Shown here one piece after another: positions 17,991 through 26,949 of a DNA stretch of 44,049 bases (position 1 is the stretch's first letter; each line of letters begins with the position of its first letter). The notes under the pieces are model-generated. The model saw only the letters and a list, made by a program, of their open reading frames with translations. It made no database searches and had not been told where the DNA came from. Made by a program: the position numbers and the translations under genes. The stretch spans positions 1 through 44,049 of the forward strand of contig JAGWND010000003.1 in the NCBI GenBank assembly GCA_028873075.1, written 5' to 3'. The stretch comes from Bacteroidota bacterium (GTDB lineage: Bacteria; Bacteroidota; Ignavibacteria; UBA10030; UBA8401).

Positions 17991-19148
17991 ATGCCGAAAA
18001 TTTCTTTCGTTATTTTCTTTTCTATTGCAATTTTCATTTATCTTCTCATCAACTTTTATATTGTTCTCCGCGGGTGGCAGGCGCTTTCCTCATTGCCGCA
18101 GTACCGAACGGCATATCTTGCTGTGAGCTCGGTCGTTTCGCTCTCATTTATCGCGGGAAGATTTCTTGAGCGTGGATCGCTTACGTGGTTCAGCAGTGCG
18201 CTTGTGTGGATCGGCTCGTTCTGGCTTGGTGCAATGGTTTATTTTCTTTTGATTCTTTTTTGTGTGGACATTCTGCGGGGAATCTCGCATTTTGTTTCCT
18301 TTCTCCCGCCCTCGGGATCAGCGGAATATAACCGTTTGAATATTCTCTCGTTCATCGGCATCGTTTCTGTTGTAGCAGTGATTGTGATTGCCGGATTTTT
18401 CAATGCAGTTTCGCCCCGAGTAAAAACTCTCGATTTGGCTATTCACAAAAATTCTCACCCGTTAAAATCACTCGACCTCGTTGCAGTTTCGGATATTCAT
18501 CTCGGCACAATTATCGGAAGGCACCGGCTCGAGCGCCTTGTGGAAAAAATCAATTCGCTGAACGCGGATATCGTACTGTTGCCGGGCGACGTTGTGGATG
18601 AAGATATCGGTCCCGTTATCAAACAAAATCTCGGTGAAACGCTTCGAACGATTAAAAGCAAGTTCGGCGTCTACGCCGTTACCGGCAATCATGAATACAT
18701 CGGCGGCGTGGAGGCGGCATGCCGTTATCTCACCGAGCACGGAATTGTGATGCTTCGCGACAGCGTTGCGACGATTGCGGATGCAATCACTCTTGTGGGA
18801 AGGGAAGACATCAGCATCAAAAGCTTTGCGCAACAACAGCGGGCTTCGCTTGGCGAGCTGATGAAGAATGTTGACCGAACGAAACCGGTTATTCTGATGG
18901 ATCATCAGCCGTTTCATCTGAACGAAGCGGCAGAAGCCGGCGTTGACCTTCAGCTTTCGGGGCACACGCACCACGGACAGTTGTGGCCCTTCAACTTCAT
19001 CACGGAAAAAGTATACGAGGTAAGCTGGGGATATTTGAAGAAAGGCACAACTCATTATTATGTTTCCTGCGGTGCCGGAACGTGGGGGCCGCCGATGCGA
19101 ACAGGAAACACACCGGAGATTATGAACATCCACTTGAAACTTGATTGA
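17991..19148 (+). CDS. Membrane-anchored metallophosphoesterase (YkuE-like)
   Basis: N-terminal TM helices; SDIHLG, GDVVD, GNHE, HQP, SGHTHHGQ. Confidence 0.92.
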   Translation: MPKISFVIFFSIAIFIYLLINFYIVLRGWQALSSLPQYRTAYLAVSSVVSLSFIAGRFLERGSLTWFSSALVWIGSFWLGAMVYFLLILFCVDILRGISHFVSFLPPSGSAEYNRLNILSFIGIVSVVAVIVIAGFFNAVSPRVKTLDLAIHKNSHPLKSLDLVAVSDIHLGTIIGRHRLERLVEKINSLNADIVLLPGDVVDEDIGPVIKQNLGETLRTIKSKFGVYAVTGNHEYIGGVEAACRYLTEHGIVMLRDSVATIADAITLVGREDISIKSFAQQQRASLGELMKNVDRTKPVILMDHQPFHLNEAAEAGVDLQLSGHTHHGQLWPFNFITEKVYEVSWGYLKKGTTHYYVSCGAGTWGPPMRTGNTPEIMNIHLKLD

Positions 19149-19227
19149 TTCTCTAAATGAATCTGTCTATATTTTTGACAAAAATCATCCACGAAGCACA
19201 CGAAACCCCATAAAGAAAAAAATCCCC

Positions 19228-20145
19228 ATGTCCGCTGAAGTCGTTCTCCGTACCATCGCCCTCGGCAAGCAGTACAAATCAAAACGCTGGGCGGTACAGG
19301 ATGTGAATTTGGAAATTCATCGCGGGGATATTTTCGGCTTTCTCGGTCCGAACGGCGCGGGAAAAAGCACGACGATCCGGATGATTCTTTCGTTGATTGC
19401 TCCGACTGCCGGCTCTGTCGAGCTTTTCGGTCATCAGCTTTCCACAGAGCGCGAAGCCGCGCTCGCGAAGGTCGCCGGCATCGTTGAGAAACCCGATTTC
19501 TATCTTTATCTCAGCGCCTTTCGGAATATGCAGATTACCGGCGCAATGACGTTAGGAAAAACTCCGTTGCGCACGATGATTATGGACAGTCTGCAGCTTG
19601 TCGGACTTGCCGGACGCGCGTTCGACCGCGTGAAAACTTTTTCGCACGGGATGAAACAGCGTCTCGGCATTGCGCAGGCGCTCCTGTGCAAGCCCGAAGT
19701 GATCGTGCTTGATGAACCTACGAGCGGGCTCGATCCGCAGGGAATGAAAGAAGTGCGAGAGCTGATCGCGCGCTTGTCGCGCGAACATAAAATGACGGTT
19801 TTTCTTTCTTCGCACTTGCTCAACGAAGTCGAACAAGTTGCAACGCGCATGGCAATTATCAGCAAGGGAAAACTTGTCGCTCAGGGAAGTGTGGAGGAGC
19901 TGCTTCGTTCAAAGATAAGCAGCGTCAAAATTTTAAGCGAGCCTGTGAAACGATCAACTGCAATTCTGAAGAAAATGAAAAGCGTTAGCAATGTTGTGCT
20001 CAATGGAGACGGTATTTCCGCAACAATTGAAAAAAGCGATATTCCCAAAGTTGTCAAGACGCTGACGGCAGCAGAGTGTAAAATTTATTCAATTGTACCG
20101 CAGCAATCTTTAGAAGAATATTTTCTTTCGGTGACGGAAGAATGA
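19228..20145 (+). CDS. ABC transporter ATP-binding protein (ABC-2/BcrA-like)
   Basis: GPNGAGKST, FSHGMKQR, LDEPTSGLD, SSHLL. Start taken at ATG 19228. Confidence 0.93.
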   Translation: MSAEVVLRTIALGKQYKSKRWAVQDVNLEIHRGDIFGFLGPNGAGKSTTIRMILSLIAPTAGSVELFGHQLSTEREAALAKVAGIVEKPDFYLYLSAFRNMQITGAMTLGKTPLRTMIMDSLQLVGLAGRAFDRVKTFSHGMKQRLGIAQALLCKPEVIVLDEPTSGLDPQGMKEVRELIARLSREHKMTVFLSSHLLNEVEQVATRMAIISKGKLVAQGSVEELLRSKISSVKILSEPVKRSTAILKKMKSVSNVVLNGDGISATIEKSDIPKVVKTLTAAECKIYSIVPQQSLEEYFLSVTEE

Positions 20146-20211
20146 TCGAAAACGGATGATGGAAGATGAACTCCACCTTGAAGGTGGGTGACCGTCTTTT
20201 AACAACACACT

Positions 20212-21054
20212 ATGTTCAACTTAATCTATTACGAGTTGTTCAAAACGTACGCGAAGTGGCGAACCTACATTGGTTTCATCGCTGTGGGTCTCATTATCCC
20301 GTTGATTATGTGGGGAATGCATCTTCAAGCCGGGCATAATTTCGTGCAGTATCAGTTGCGCTCGCTGCAAAGCGATTTTCTCATCACGGGAAATTTGTTC
20401 AACGGCTGGAGCATCTCTCAAATTATTATGAACAGCTTGTGGGTGCATGTGCCGTTTCTCATCAGTCTTGTTGCAGGAGATCAGCTTGCCGGCGAAGCGA
20501 CGGCAGGAACATTCCGGCTGATATTGATTCGTCCCGTGTCGCGCACGCGTGTTCTCGTTTCAAAATATAGTGCCACGCTGCTCTATACAGCCTCGCTCTT
20601 GATGACGATTGCCGTCCTCAGTCTCGGTCTCGGTTTGATGATCTTTGGCAGCGGCGATTTGCTTGCAGTTGACCGCGACATGCTCACGGTCCTTCCCGAA
20701 GTGCATCTGTGGAGCAGATTTCTTCTTGCGTACTCGCTTGCAATCTGGTCCATGTGGGTCATCGCTTCGCTTGCGTTTCTTTTTTCTTCGTTTGTGGAAA
20801 ATGCCATCGGACCGATCATTTCGACAATGACTGTTGTCATCGGGTTGTTGATCATTTCAAACCTTCCGGTTGAATCGTTCGAGCCGGTGAAGCCGTATCT
20901 TTTCACGACGTATCAGGATGTGTGGCAGCAGGCATTCAAGGAACCGGTGAATTGGAGCCGCATTGCGGAATCGTGCGGCGTGCTCGGGGCGTACAGTGCA
21001 GTGTTTTTTTCAATGACGTGGTACATTTTTAAGAGGAAGGACATACTCTCATAA
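20212..21054 (+). CDS. ABC-2 type transporter permease
   Basis: AGE...GT.R.IL.RPVSR..V..SK motif; multiple TM helices; C-terminal FKRKDILS. Confidence 0.9.
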   Translation: MFNLIYYELFKTYAKWRTYIGFIAVGLIIPLIMWGMHLQAGHNFVQYQLRSLQSDFLITGNLFNGWSISQIIMNSLWVHVPFLISLVAGDQLAGEATAGTFRLILIRPVSRTRVLVSKYSATLLYTASLLMTIAVLSLGLGLMIFGSGDLLAVDRDMLTVLPEVHLWSRFLLAYSLAIWSMWVIASLAFLFSSFVENAIGPIISTMTVVIGLLIISNLPVESFEPVKPYLFTTYQDVWQQAFKEPVNWSRIAESCGVLGAYSAVFFSMTWYIFKRKDILS

Positions 21055-21083
21055 ATAATTATGAATGATGAACGACGACGAAG

Positions 21084-21251
21084 ATGTCCATAGCGTATGA
21101 AAAAGCTCGGGAAACACATTATTGGTTGAGACTTTTGAAAGAAAGTTAGTTGAGAGGAAACAAATTGGCTGAATCCATGCCAAGAGATGTTGATGAACTC
21201 CTGAAAATGATCGGTTCCATTCAACGGACAACACGAAATAAAAATTCATAA
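21084..21251 (+). pseudogene. Four-helix-bundle (23S rRNA IVS protein family) gene remnant
   Basis: Manual translation MSIAYEKARETHYWLRLLKES*LRGNKLAESMPRDVDELLKMIGSIQRTTRNKNS*. Resembles the C-terminal half of the family; in-frame TAG at 21147..21149; N-terminal half missing. Confidence 0.8.
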
Positions 21252-21271
21252 TTGATAATTCGTCATTAGCT

Positions 21272-22549
21272 ATGGACATAAAGCAGACTTTTCTTGAACT
21301 CAAACGCGGCTTTCACCGTTCATTCTGGGTCGCAAACGGGATGGAGCTATTCGAGCGGCTTGCGTACTACGGACAGCAGATCGTCTTCATGATTTATCTG
21401 AGGAACAAGTTGGGTTTCACCGAAGCCGAAGCGGGTCAGCTCTCCGGCGTTTTCGGCGGAATCATTTTCCTGCTTCCCATCCTCGGCGGCACGCTTGCCG
21501 ACAAATGGGGATTTCGGAGAGCGTTCAACGTTGCGTTCAGCATCCTTGCTCTCGGTTATTTTCTCATCGGCTCCGTCGGGATGAGTGCGTTCGCCGGTGT
21601 GTATGGAAATTTTTCGCTCTACTGGCTGATGATGATTTTTTTGATCTTCACCGCGTTCGGCGGTTCATTCATCAAACCTTCCGTGCTCGGGACGGTGGCG
21701 GTAACATCAACGGAAAAATCGAAATCGTTCGGATTTGCGATCTATTATTGGCTGGTAAATGTCGGTGCGGCTATTGGTCCGACGATTGCTTATTTCGTGC
21801 GCGACGGTTTGGGCACCCAATACGTCTACATGGTCTCAGCCTTGAGTTGTTTGGCGATGCTGATCGTGAACGTGACGCTTTACAGAGATGTGCAAGGCAG
21901 GGGAACGGGAGTAGCGGAGTCGGTTGGGAAAAAAATAGTCAACCTTTTTGTCGTGTTGGGAAATTTCAAGTTCATGATTTTTCTTCTGATCTATTCACTC
22001 TACTGGATTATTTTCTGGCAGGAATTCATCATTATTCCTTATTACGTTACAGATTATATCAGCGCTTCGTATCCGTACGAAATTCTCCAGTCATGGGCGG
22101 CGGCAGGTGCGATTATCCTGTTTCAAATCCCCGTCAATCGTCTCACGAAGAATATTCCGACTCGCACAGCCATTGCATTAGGCTTTGCAATATCCAGTCT
22201 TATTTGGGTCATTATCGGAATCTATCCAAGTATTCCGACGATCGCTGCGGGTGTTATAGCATTTGCAATCGGCGAGATGACGCAAGCGCCGCGCTATTAT
22301 GAATATATTTCGGAAATTGCTCCGCCGGGCCAACAGGGACTTTATCAGGGATACGCATTTCTTCCCATTGCGATTGCCCGCTTCGTCGGCGATCCGTTCG
22401 GAGGCTGGATTTATGAAGTTGCGAAGGCAGCAGGCAAACCGGCGTACATCTGGTGGTCGCTGATCGGCGTCGGCGTTTTGGGCGCAGCGGCGATGCTTAC
22501 GTACAATTATTTTATTTCCCGTCAGGAACTTCAGCGCGCTCCGGAGTGA
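21272..22549 (+). CDS. MFS transporter, POT/PTR peptide:H+ symporter-like
   Basis: ELFERLAYYG (ExxER motif), GG.LADKWG, FIKP, YW.VNVGA; about 12 TM helices. Confidence 0.88.
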   Translation: MDIKQTFLELKRGFHRSFWVANGMELFERLAYYGQQIVFMIYLRNKLGFTEAEAGQLSGVFGGIIFLLPILGGTLADKWGFRRAFNVAFSILALGYFLIGSVGMSAFAGVYGNFSLYWLMMIFLIFTAFGGSFIKPSVLGTVAVTSTEKSKSFGFAIYYWLVNVGAAIGPTIAYFVRDGLGTQYVYMVSALSCLAMLIVNVTLYRDVQGRGTGVAESVGKKIVNLFVVLGNFKFMIFLLIYSLYWIIFWQEFIIIPYYVTDYISASYPYEILQSWAAAGAIILFQIPVNRLTKNIPTRTAIALGFAISSLIWVIIGIYPSIPTIAAGVIAFAIGEMTQAPRYYEYISEIAPPGQQGLYQGYAFLPIAIARFVGDPFGGWIYEVAKAAGKPAYIWWSLIGVGVLGAAAMLTYNYFISRQELQRAPE

Positions 22550-22576
22550 ACGCCGGCCATTATTCTCGAGGACAGT

Positions 22577-23266
22577 ATGAAGAAAAAAATTGTCATCGCA
22601 TGTTTACTCTGCATCCTTCCGGCTTTTGGAAGAGCGCAGCAATTGACCGCGTCTCAGATTCTTGCCAACGTTCAGAAGCAATTCGAGCAGGTGAACGATT
22701 ATACCGTGACGCTTCACGCGACGGTGAATATCGAGCATTTGAACATTCCCGATATGACGGTAAAATTATATTTCAAGCAGCCCGACAAGATTCACATCGA
22801 ATCGAAGAACTTTGCCATGCTGCCGAAAGAAGGCATCGCGCTGACGCCGGCGCTGTTGTTAGCGAAGTTCGACGCGACGCTTGCCGCCACCGAACAAACC
22901 GGAAAAGAAAAAATTTATAAGCTCCGTCTCATCTCGAAGCCGGAGCCGGGGAAGCTCACGATTGAAAGTTATGTGTGGGTGGATGCCGCACGATGGATCA
23001 TTACCCGCTTGGAATCGGAGCCGATGGGAAACAGGCGTATCAGCATAGTGTTCGAAGATACGCTTATCGAAGGGAAATATTTTTTGCCTGCGAAGATTAC
23101 CGCTTCATTCGGCTCGTCGGCAGTTGATACGGTGGGCGTTCCTTTTCCCGAAAGCAAGTTCTCTCAGCGAATGCCCCGCAAAGGGAGCGTGACCATTTTC
23201 TATTCCGGCTACAAGATCAACAGCGGCTTGCCGGACGAGATGTTCGAGAAAAAAGCGGACGAGTAA
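22577..23266 (+). CDS. LolA-like outer-membrane lipoprotein carrier/sorting protein
   Basis: Signal peptide; DY......YFKQPDKI; WVD...W; C-terminal INSGLPDEMF. Confidence 0.7.
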   Translation: MKKKIVIACLLCILPAFGRAQQLTASQILANVQKQFEQVNDYTVTLHATVNIEHLNIPDMTVKLYFKQPDKIHIESKNFAMLPKEGIALTPALLLAKFDATLAATEQTGKEKIYKLRLISKPEPGKLTIESYVWVDAARWIITRLESEPMGNRRISIVFEDTLIEGKYFLPAKITASFGSSAVDTVGVPFPESKFSQRMPRKGSVTIFYSGYKINSGLPDEMFEKKADE

Positions 23267-23338
23267 CGGGGTTCGAGTTTCCAGGTTCGGGGCAGTTGGA
23301 ACTCTGAAACTGGGAACGCAAGCCTCGAACCTCGAAAT
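23267..23338. repeat. Inverted heptamer arrays
   Basis: cggggtt cgagttt ccaggtt cgggg ... tgggaac gcaagcc tcgaacc tcgaaat. Confidence 0.55.
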
Positions 23339-23349
23339 ACCTTCCACGC

Positions 23350-23378
23350 TTGACAAAGCCATATCTAATTATTATTTT
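23350..23378 (+). promoter_or_regulatory. Sigma70-type promoter of the mntR operon
   Basis: TTGACA (23350..23355), 17 bp, TATTTT (23373..23378). Confidence 0.7.
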
Positions 23379-23391
23379 AGTCTTACCTAAA
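23376..23391. promoter_or_regulatory. DtxR/MntR-family operator
   Basis: Palindrome TTTAG-TCTTAC-CTAAA overlapping the -10/+1 region directly upstream of a DtxR-family gene. Confidence 0.75.
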
Positions 23392-23407
23392 TTTTTTAGC
23401 AATCATT

Positions 23408-24061
23408 ATGCCAAGCATCAGCGTCGAAGATTATCTTAAGCACATCTATTACCTCGGAGAAAAAGGCGGTGCTGTAACGACGTCGTTGTTAGCCGCGGAG
23501 CTGAAGATTGCCGCCGCTTCCGTAACGGATATGGTGAAGAAGCTTTCCGGGCAGAAATATCTCCGCCATTCGCCGTACCGCGGCGTTCAGCTTACGGAAA
23601 AAGGGCGCCGCTCTGCGCTGAAAATTATCCGCAAGCACCGGCTGTGGGAAATGTTTCTTTCGGAGGTGCTCCATTTCCGCTGGGATGAAATTCACGAAGA
23701 AGCGGAAAAGTTCGAACACATTATGTCGGAAAAAATGGAGGATAAGATTGATGAAGTGCTCGGCTTTCCGCGCGTTGATCCTCACGGCGATCCGATTCCC
23801 GCAAAAGACGGCACCGTGAAAACCATCGTGGCGTTTCCGCTTTCCAACGCTGAGGAGGGAACAACGGTGCGCGTTCTCCGCGTGAATGACGCGAATCCGG
23901 AACTGCTTCAGTATGTTTCGAGCATCGGGCTTTCGCTGAATAAAAAACTGGGCATCAAACAGCGGATCAAGTTTGATAATTCGCTGGTCATCAAAATCGG
24001 CTCGAAGGAAATGACGATCAGCTCGCTTGCCGCAGAGAATATTTTTGTCGAATCGGTGTAA
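23408..24061 (+). CDS. mntR: DtxR/MntR-family metal-dependent repressor with C-terminal FeoA domain
   Basis: EDYLK.IY, SVTDMVKKL, RKHRLWEMFL, HEEAEKFEH, DPHGDPIP; adjacent to mntH. Confidence 0.93.
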   Translation: MPSISVEDYLKHIYYLGEKGGAVTTSLLAAELKIAAASVTDMVKKLSGQKYLRHSPYRGVQLTEKGRRSALKIIRKHRLWEMFLSEVLHFRWDEIHEEAEKFEHIMSEKMEDKIDEVLGFPRVDPHGDPIPAKDGTVKTIVAFPLSNAEEGTTVRVLRVNDANPELLQYVSSIGLSLNKKLGIKQRIKFDNSLVIKIGSKEMTISSLAAENIFVESV

Positions 24062-24066
24062 GAAGT

Positions 24067-25452
24067 ATGACTTTTGAGCAGAAAAAAACTCCGGACCATC
24101 TCTCACTTGAAGGAATACACGGCACAATCGAAGTGCCGCATCATCAATCCGGTTTCTGGCAGCAATGGAAAGCATTTGTCGGTCCCGCACTTCTCGTCAG
24201 CGTCGGTTATATGGATCCGGGAAACTGGGGAACCGATCTGATGGGAGGCGCTCAGTTCAAATACAGCCTGCTCTGGGTTGTCGGTTTGGCAAGCTTGATG
24301 GCGATTTTCATGCAGGTGATTTCCGCTCGCTTAGGTGTGGTAACAGGAAAAGATCTTGCGCAAGCATGCCGCGATTGGTATCCGCGCTGGACTCGCTGGC
24401 CTAACTGGCTTCTGAGCGAACTGGCAATCGGCGCGTGCGATTTGGCGGAAGTGTTGGGAAGCGCAGTCGCGCTGAATCTGCTGTTTCATATTCCGCTCCT
24501 CTGGGCTGTCATCATTACCGGTTTCGATGTGTTGATGTTGTTGGCTCTGCAGCGTTTCGGCATGCGCACGATTGAAGCGATAGTGCTTGTGCTGATATCA
24601 ACGATCGCCGTTTGTTATTTTATAGAAATTTTTGTTTTGCCGGAAACTCAACCCAGCTTTTTGGAAATGGGAAAAGCGTTGGTAAGTCCGACCTTCCGCC
24701 AAATCGGAATGATCTACATTGCGATCGGCATTATCGGTGCGACCGTAATGCCTCATAATCTGTATCTTCATTCAGCACTCGTGCAGAGCCGCAAATTGCA
24801 GAAGGACGACACCTCAATCAAACAAGGGATTCGTTTCAATACTATTGATTCTGTCGTTGCGCTGACGATCGCCTTTTTTGTGAACGCAGCAATTCTGGTG
24901 CTTGCCGCGTTGGTTTTCTACGGGAAAACGAGCGTTACAACGGCAGGTGGAGAAGTGGTGAAATTTGTTGCCGACAGCGATTGGATCCGCGTTGCGTATC
25001 TCACGCTTGCCCCCTTGCTTGGGACGGCGGCGGCGAGTACATTATTTGCAATAGCGCTGTTGGCAAGCGGTCAAAGCAGCACCATTACCGGAACGCTTGC
25101 CGGTCAGGTTGTGATGGAAGGCTTCATGCATTGGAGATTGAAGCCGTGGGTGCGTCGTCTTATCACACGCACGCTGGCAATTCTTCCGGCAATTTTTATT
25201 ATCGGCATACGCGGCGAGAGCAGTGTAACGGATCTGTTGACGCTAAGCCAATTCGTGCTGGCGCTCCAGCTTCCGTTTGCGATGTTTCCGCTGCTTCACT
25301 TTACAAGCTCGAGAAAACGAATGGGAAAATGGAAGAACGGCTGGCTGTTGATGATGCTCGGGTGGGGAAGCGCGCTGTTGATTACGGCAATGGACGTGTA
25401 CGGTTTGCCTGAGTCGCTTGCGGCAGCATGGCATGTTATCATCGGCGGATAA
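24067..25452 (+). CDS. mntH: NRAMP-family Mn2+/Fe2+ transporter
   Basis: VGYMDPGNW, GATVMPHNLYLHS, SGQSST.TGT.AGQ.VMEGF. Confidence 0.95.
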   Translation: MTFEQKKTPDHLSLEGIHGTIEVPHHQSGFWQQWKAFVGPALLVSVGYMDPGNWGTDLMGGAQFKYSLLWVVGLASLMAIFMQVISARLGVVTGKDLAQACRDWYPRWTRWPNWLLSELAIGACDLAEVLGSAVALNLLFHIPLLWAVIITGFDVLMLLALQRFGMRTIEAIVLVLISTIAVCYFIEIFVLPETQPSFLEMGKALVSPTFRQIGMIYIAIGIIGATVMPHNLYLHSALVQSRKLQKDDTSIKQGIRFNTIDSVVALTIAFFVNAAILVLAALVFYGKTSVTTAGGEVVKFVADSDWIRVAYLTLAPLLGTAAASTLFAIALLASGQSSTITGTLAGQVVMEGFMHWRLKPWVRRLITRTLAILPAIFIIGIRGESSVTDLLTLSQFVLALQLPFAMFPLLHFTSSRKRMGKWKNGWLLMMLGWGSALLITAMDVYGLPESLAAAWHVIIGG

Positions 25453-25509
25453 TATTTTCTTTTACCGCGAAAACATCCCGCTTGAGCGCGATCAACTTCG
25501 GCACAAAGA

Positions 25510-25600
25510 AATTGAAAATTGAGAGTTGAATATTGAACATTGAGAATTTCTTTCTGCCTAAGTTACATTTTTCAAAATGTTCAATAAACAATGCTCAATA
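25510..25600. repeat. Inverted heptamer arrays
   Basis: aattgaa aattgag agttgaa tattgaa cattgag ... tgttcaa taaacaa tgctcaa. Confidence 0.65.
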
Positions 25601-25621
25601 AGACACGAAAAAAGGAATAGC

Positions 25622-26038
25622 GTGTACAAAACAATCCTTGTAACGTTAGACGGCACGCCGACCGACAGGGCAATCATCGAACATGTGAAGCAGCTCGCAG
25701 CGCTGGCGAAGAGCCGCGTTGTGCTGTTACATGTTGCCGATGGCTGGGCAGCCCGCACATTTGGCTCGGATGCTGTTGGTCCGGAAGTTGCGGAGGACAT
25801 TGCTTATCTTGAAAAAGTGAAGTCGGAATTGACCGCAAATGGCATTCCAGCCGAAGCGGAACTTGCATACGGCGAACCGGCCGCAGAAATTGTGAAGTGG
25901 GTGAAAAAAGGGAATTGCGATCTTGTCGCGATGAGCACGCACGGCCACCGCTTTGTCGCCGATTTGTTTCTCGGTGCAACGGCAACGCGCGTGCGGCACG
26001 GGGTGGATGTTCCAGTGTTGCTTCTTAAAGCGAAGTAA
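25622..26038 (+). CDS. Universal stress protein (UspA family)
   Basis: GTG start after AAGGA; YKTILV.LDG, GEPA.EI, DLVAMSTHG, G....V......PVLL. Confidence 0.9.
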   Translation: MYKTILVTLDGTPTDRAIIEHVKQLAALAKSRVVLLHVADGWAARTFGSDAVGPEVAEDIAYLEKVKSELTANGIPAEAELAYGEPAAEIVKWVKKGNCDLVAMSTHGHRFVADLFLGATATRVRHGVDVPVLLLKAK

Positions 26039-26057
26039 TATCGGAGGTGGAAGAAAT

Positions 26058-26945
26058 TTGTCCCCCGCGCGTCAATCGTTGAATTACAATAGGCTCTTTG
26101 GCTATGGAGTTGTCTTCAATGTTTCGTACATCATTGTCGAGATTGTGTACGGCCTTCGCATTGATTCCATGGCGCTTCTTGCCGACGCCGGACATAACTT
26201 TGGCGACGTGTTGAGCTTAATGCTGGCATGGGGCGCGACTTCTCTGGCAAAAACAGCAGCGACAAAAAACCGGACGTACGGATTAAGAAAATCTACAATT
26301 TTAGCTTCCTTGTTTAATGCGATTATTCTCTTGATTGTTGTTGGTGCAATTGCAATTGAATCATTAAGAAAAATTTTTGAACCGCAGTCCGTGGGTGGAA
26401 TGACGATGACGATTATCGCAGGCGTGGGAGTGGTTGTCAATACGCTGACGGCGTTGTTGTTTGTGAAGGGAAGGAAATCCGATTTGAATATGAAAGCGGC
26501 GTTTCTTCACATGGCGGCAGATGCGGGAATTTCATTAGGCATTGTTGTAGCAGGATTGTTTATCATCATGACAGGTTACGTTCTTCTCGATCCGATTGTC
26601 GGTCTTGCGATTATCATTGTCATCACCGCGGGGACGTGGAACCTGCTCAAAGATTCAGTTCACCTTTCTATGGATGCCGTTCCGAGAGATATTGATGTAG
26701 AGAACGTCAAAAAATTTCTCACGTTGCTCGATGGTGTAGAAGAAGTTCACGATCTTCATGTTTGGGCGATGAGCACGACTGAAACTGCTCTCACCGCTCA
26801 TCTTGTTATGCCGCGCGAACACCACGACGATAAATTTTTGGGTAACGTGTGCGGTCAATTGTACGAAAAGTTCGGCATCGAACATTCCACAATCCAAGTC
26901 GAAAGGAACGCGCAAAGCGCAAGCTGCGCAAAGGATAAGGTGTAG
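26058..26945 (+). CDS. Cation diffusion facilitator (CzcD/ZitB-like; Zn/Co/Cd)
   Basis: SMALLADAGHNFGD, TYG..K, AFLHMAAD, VHDLHVW, H.TIQ.E; TTG start after GGAGG. Confidence 0.92.
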   Translation: MSPARQSLNYNRLFGYGVVFNVSYIIVEIVYGLRIDSMALLADAGHNFGDVLSLMLAWGATSLAKTAATKNRTYGLRKSTILASLFNAIILLIVVGAIAIESLRKIFEPQSVGGMTMTIIAGVGVVVNTLTALLFVKGRKSDLNMKAAFLHMAADAGISLGIVVAGLFIIMTGYVLLDPIVGLAIIIVITAGTWNLLKDSVHLSMDAVPRDIDVENVKKFLTLLDGVEEVHDLHVWAMSTTETALTAHLVMPREHHDDKFLGNVCGQLYEKFGIEHSTIQVERNAQSASCAKDKV

Positions 26946-26949
26946 TGTA

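Noticed and set aside
19175-19215. TTGACA upstream of the ABC ATPase
   Set aside because: No credible -10 element at 16-18 bp spacing.
21147-21149. TAG read-through (pyrrolysine or recoding) in the four-helix-bundle remnant
   Set aside because: The gene also lacks its N-terminal half and TAG ends other genes here (herA, CDF, TonB receptor); decay is the simpler explanation.
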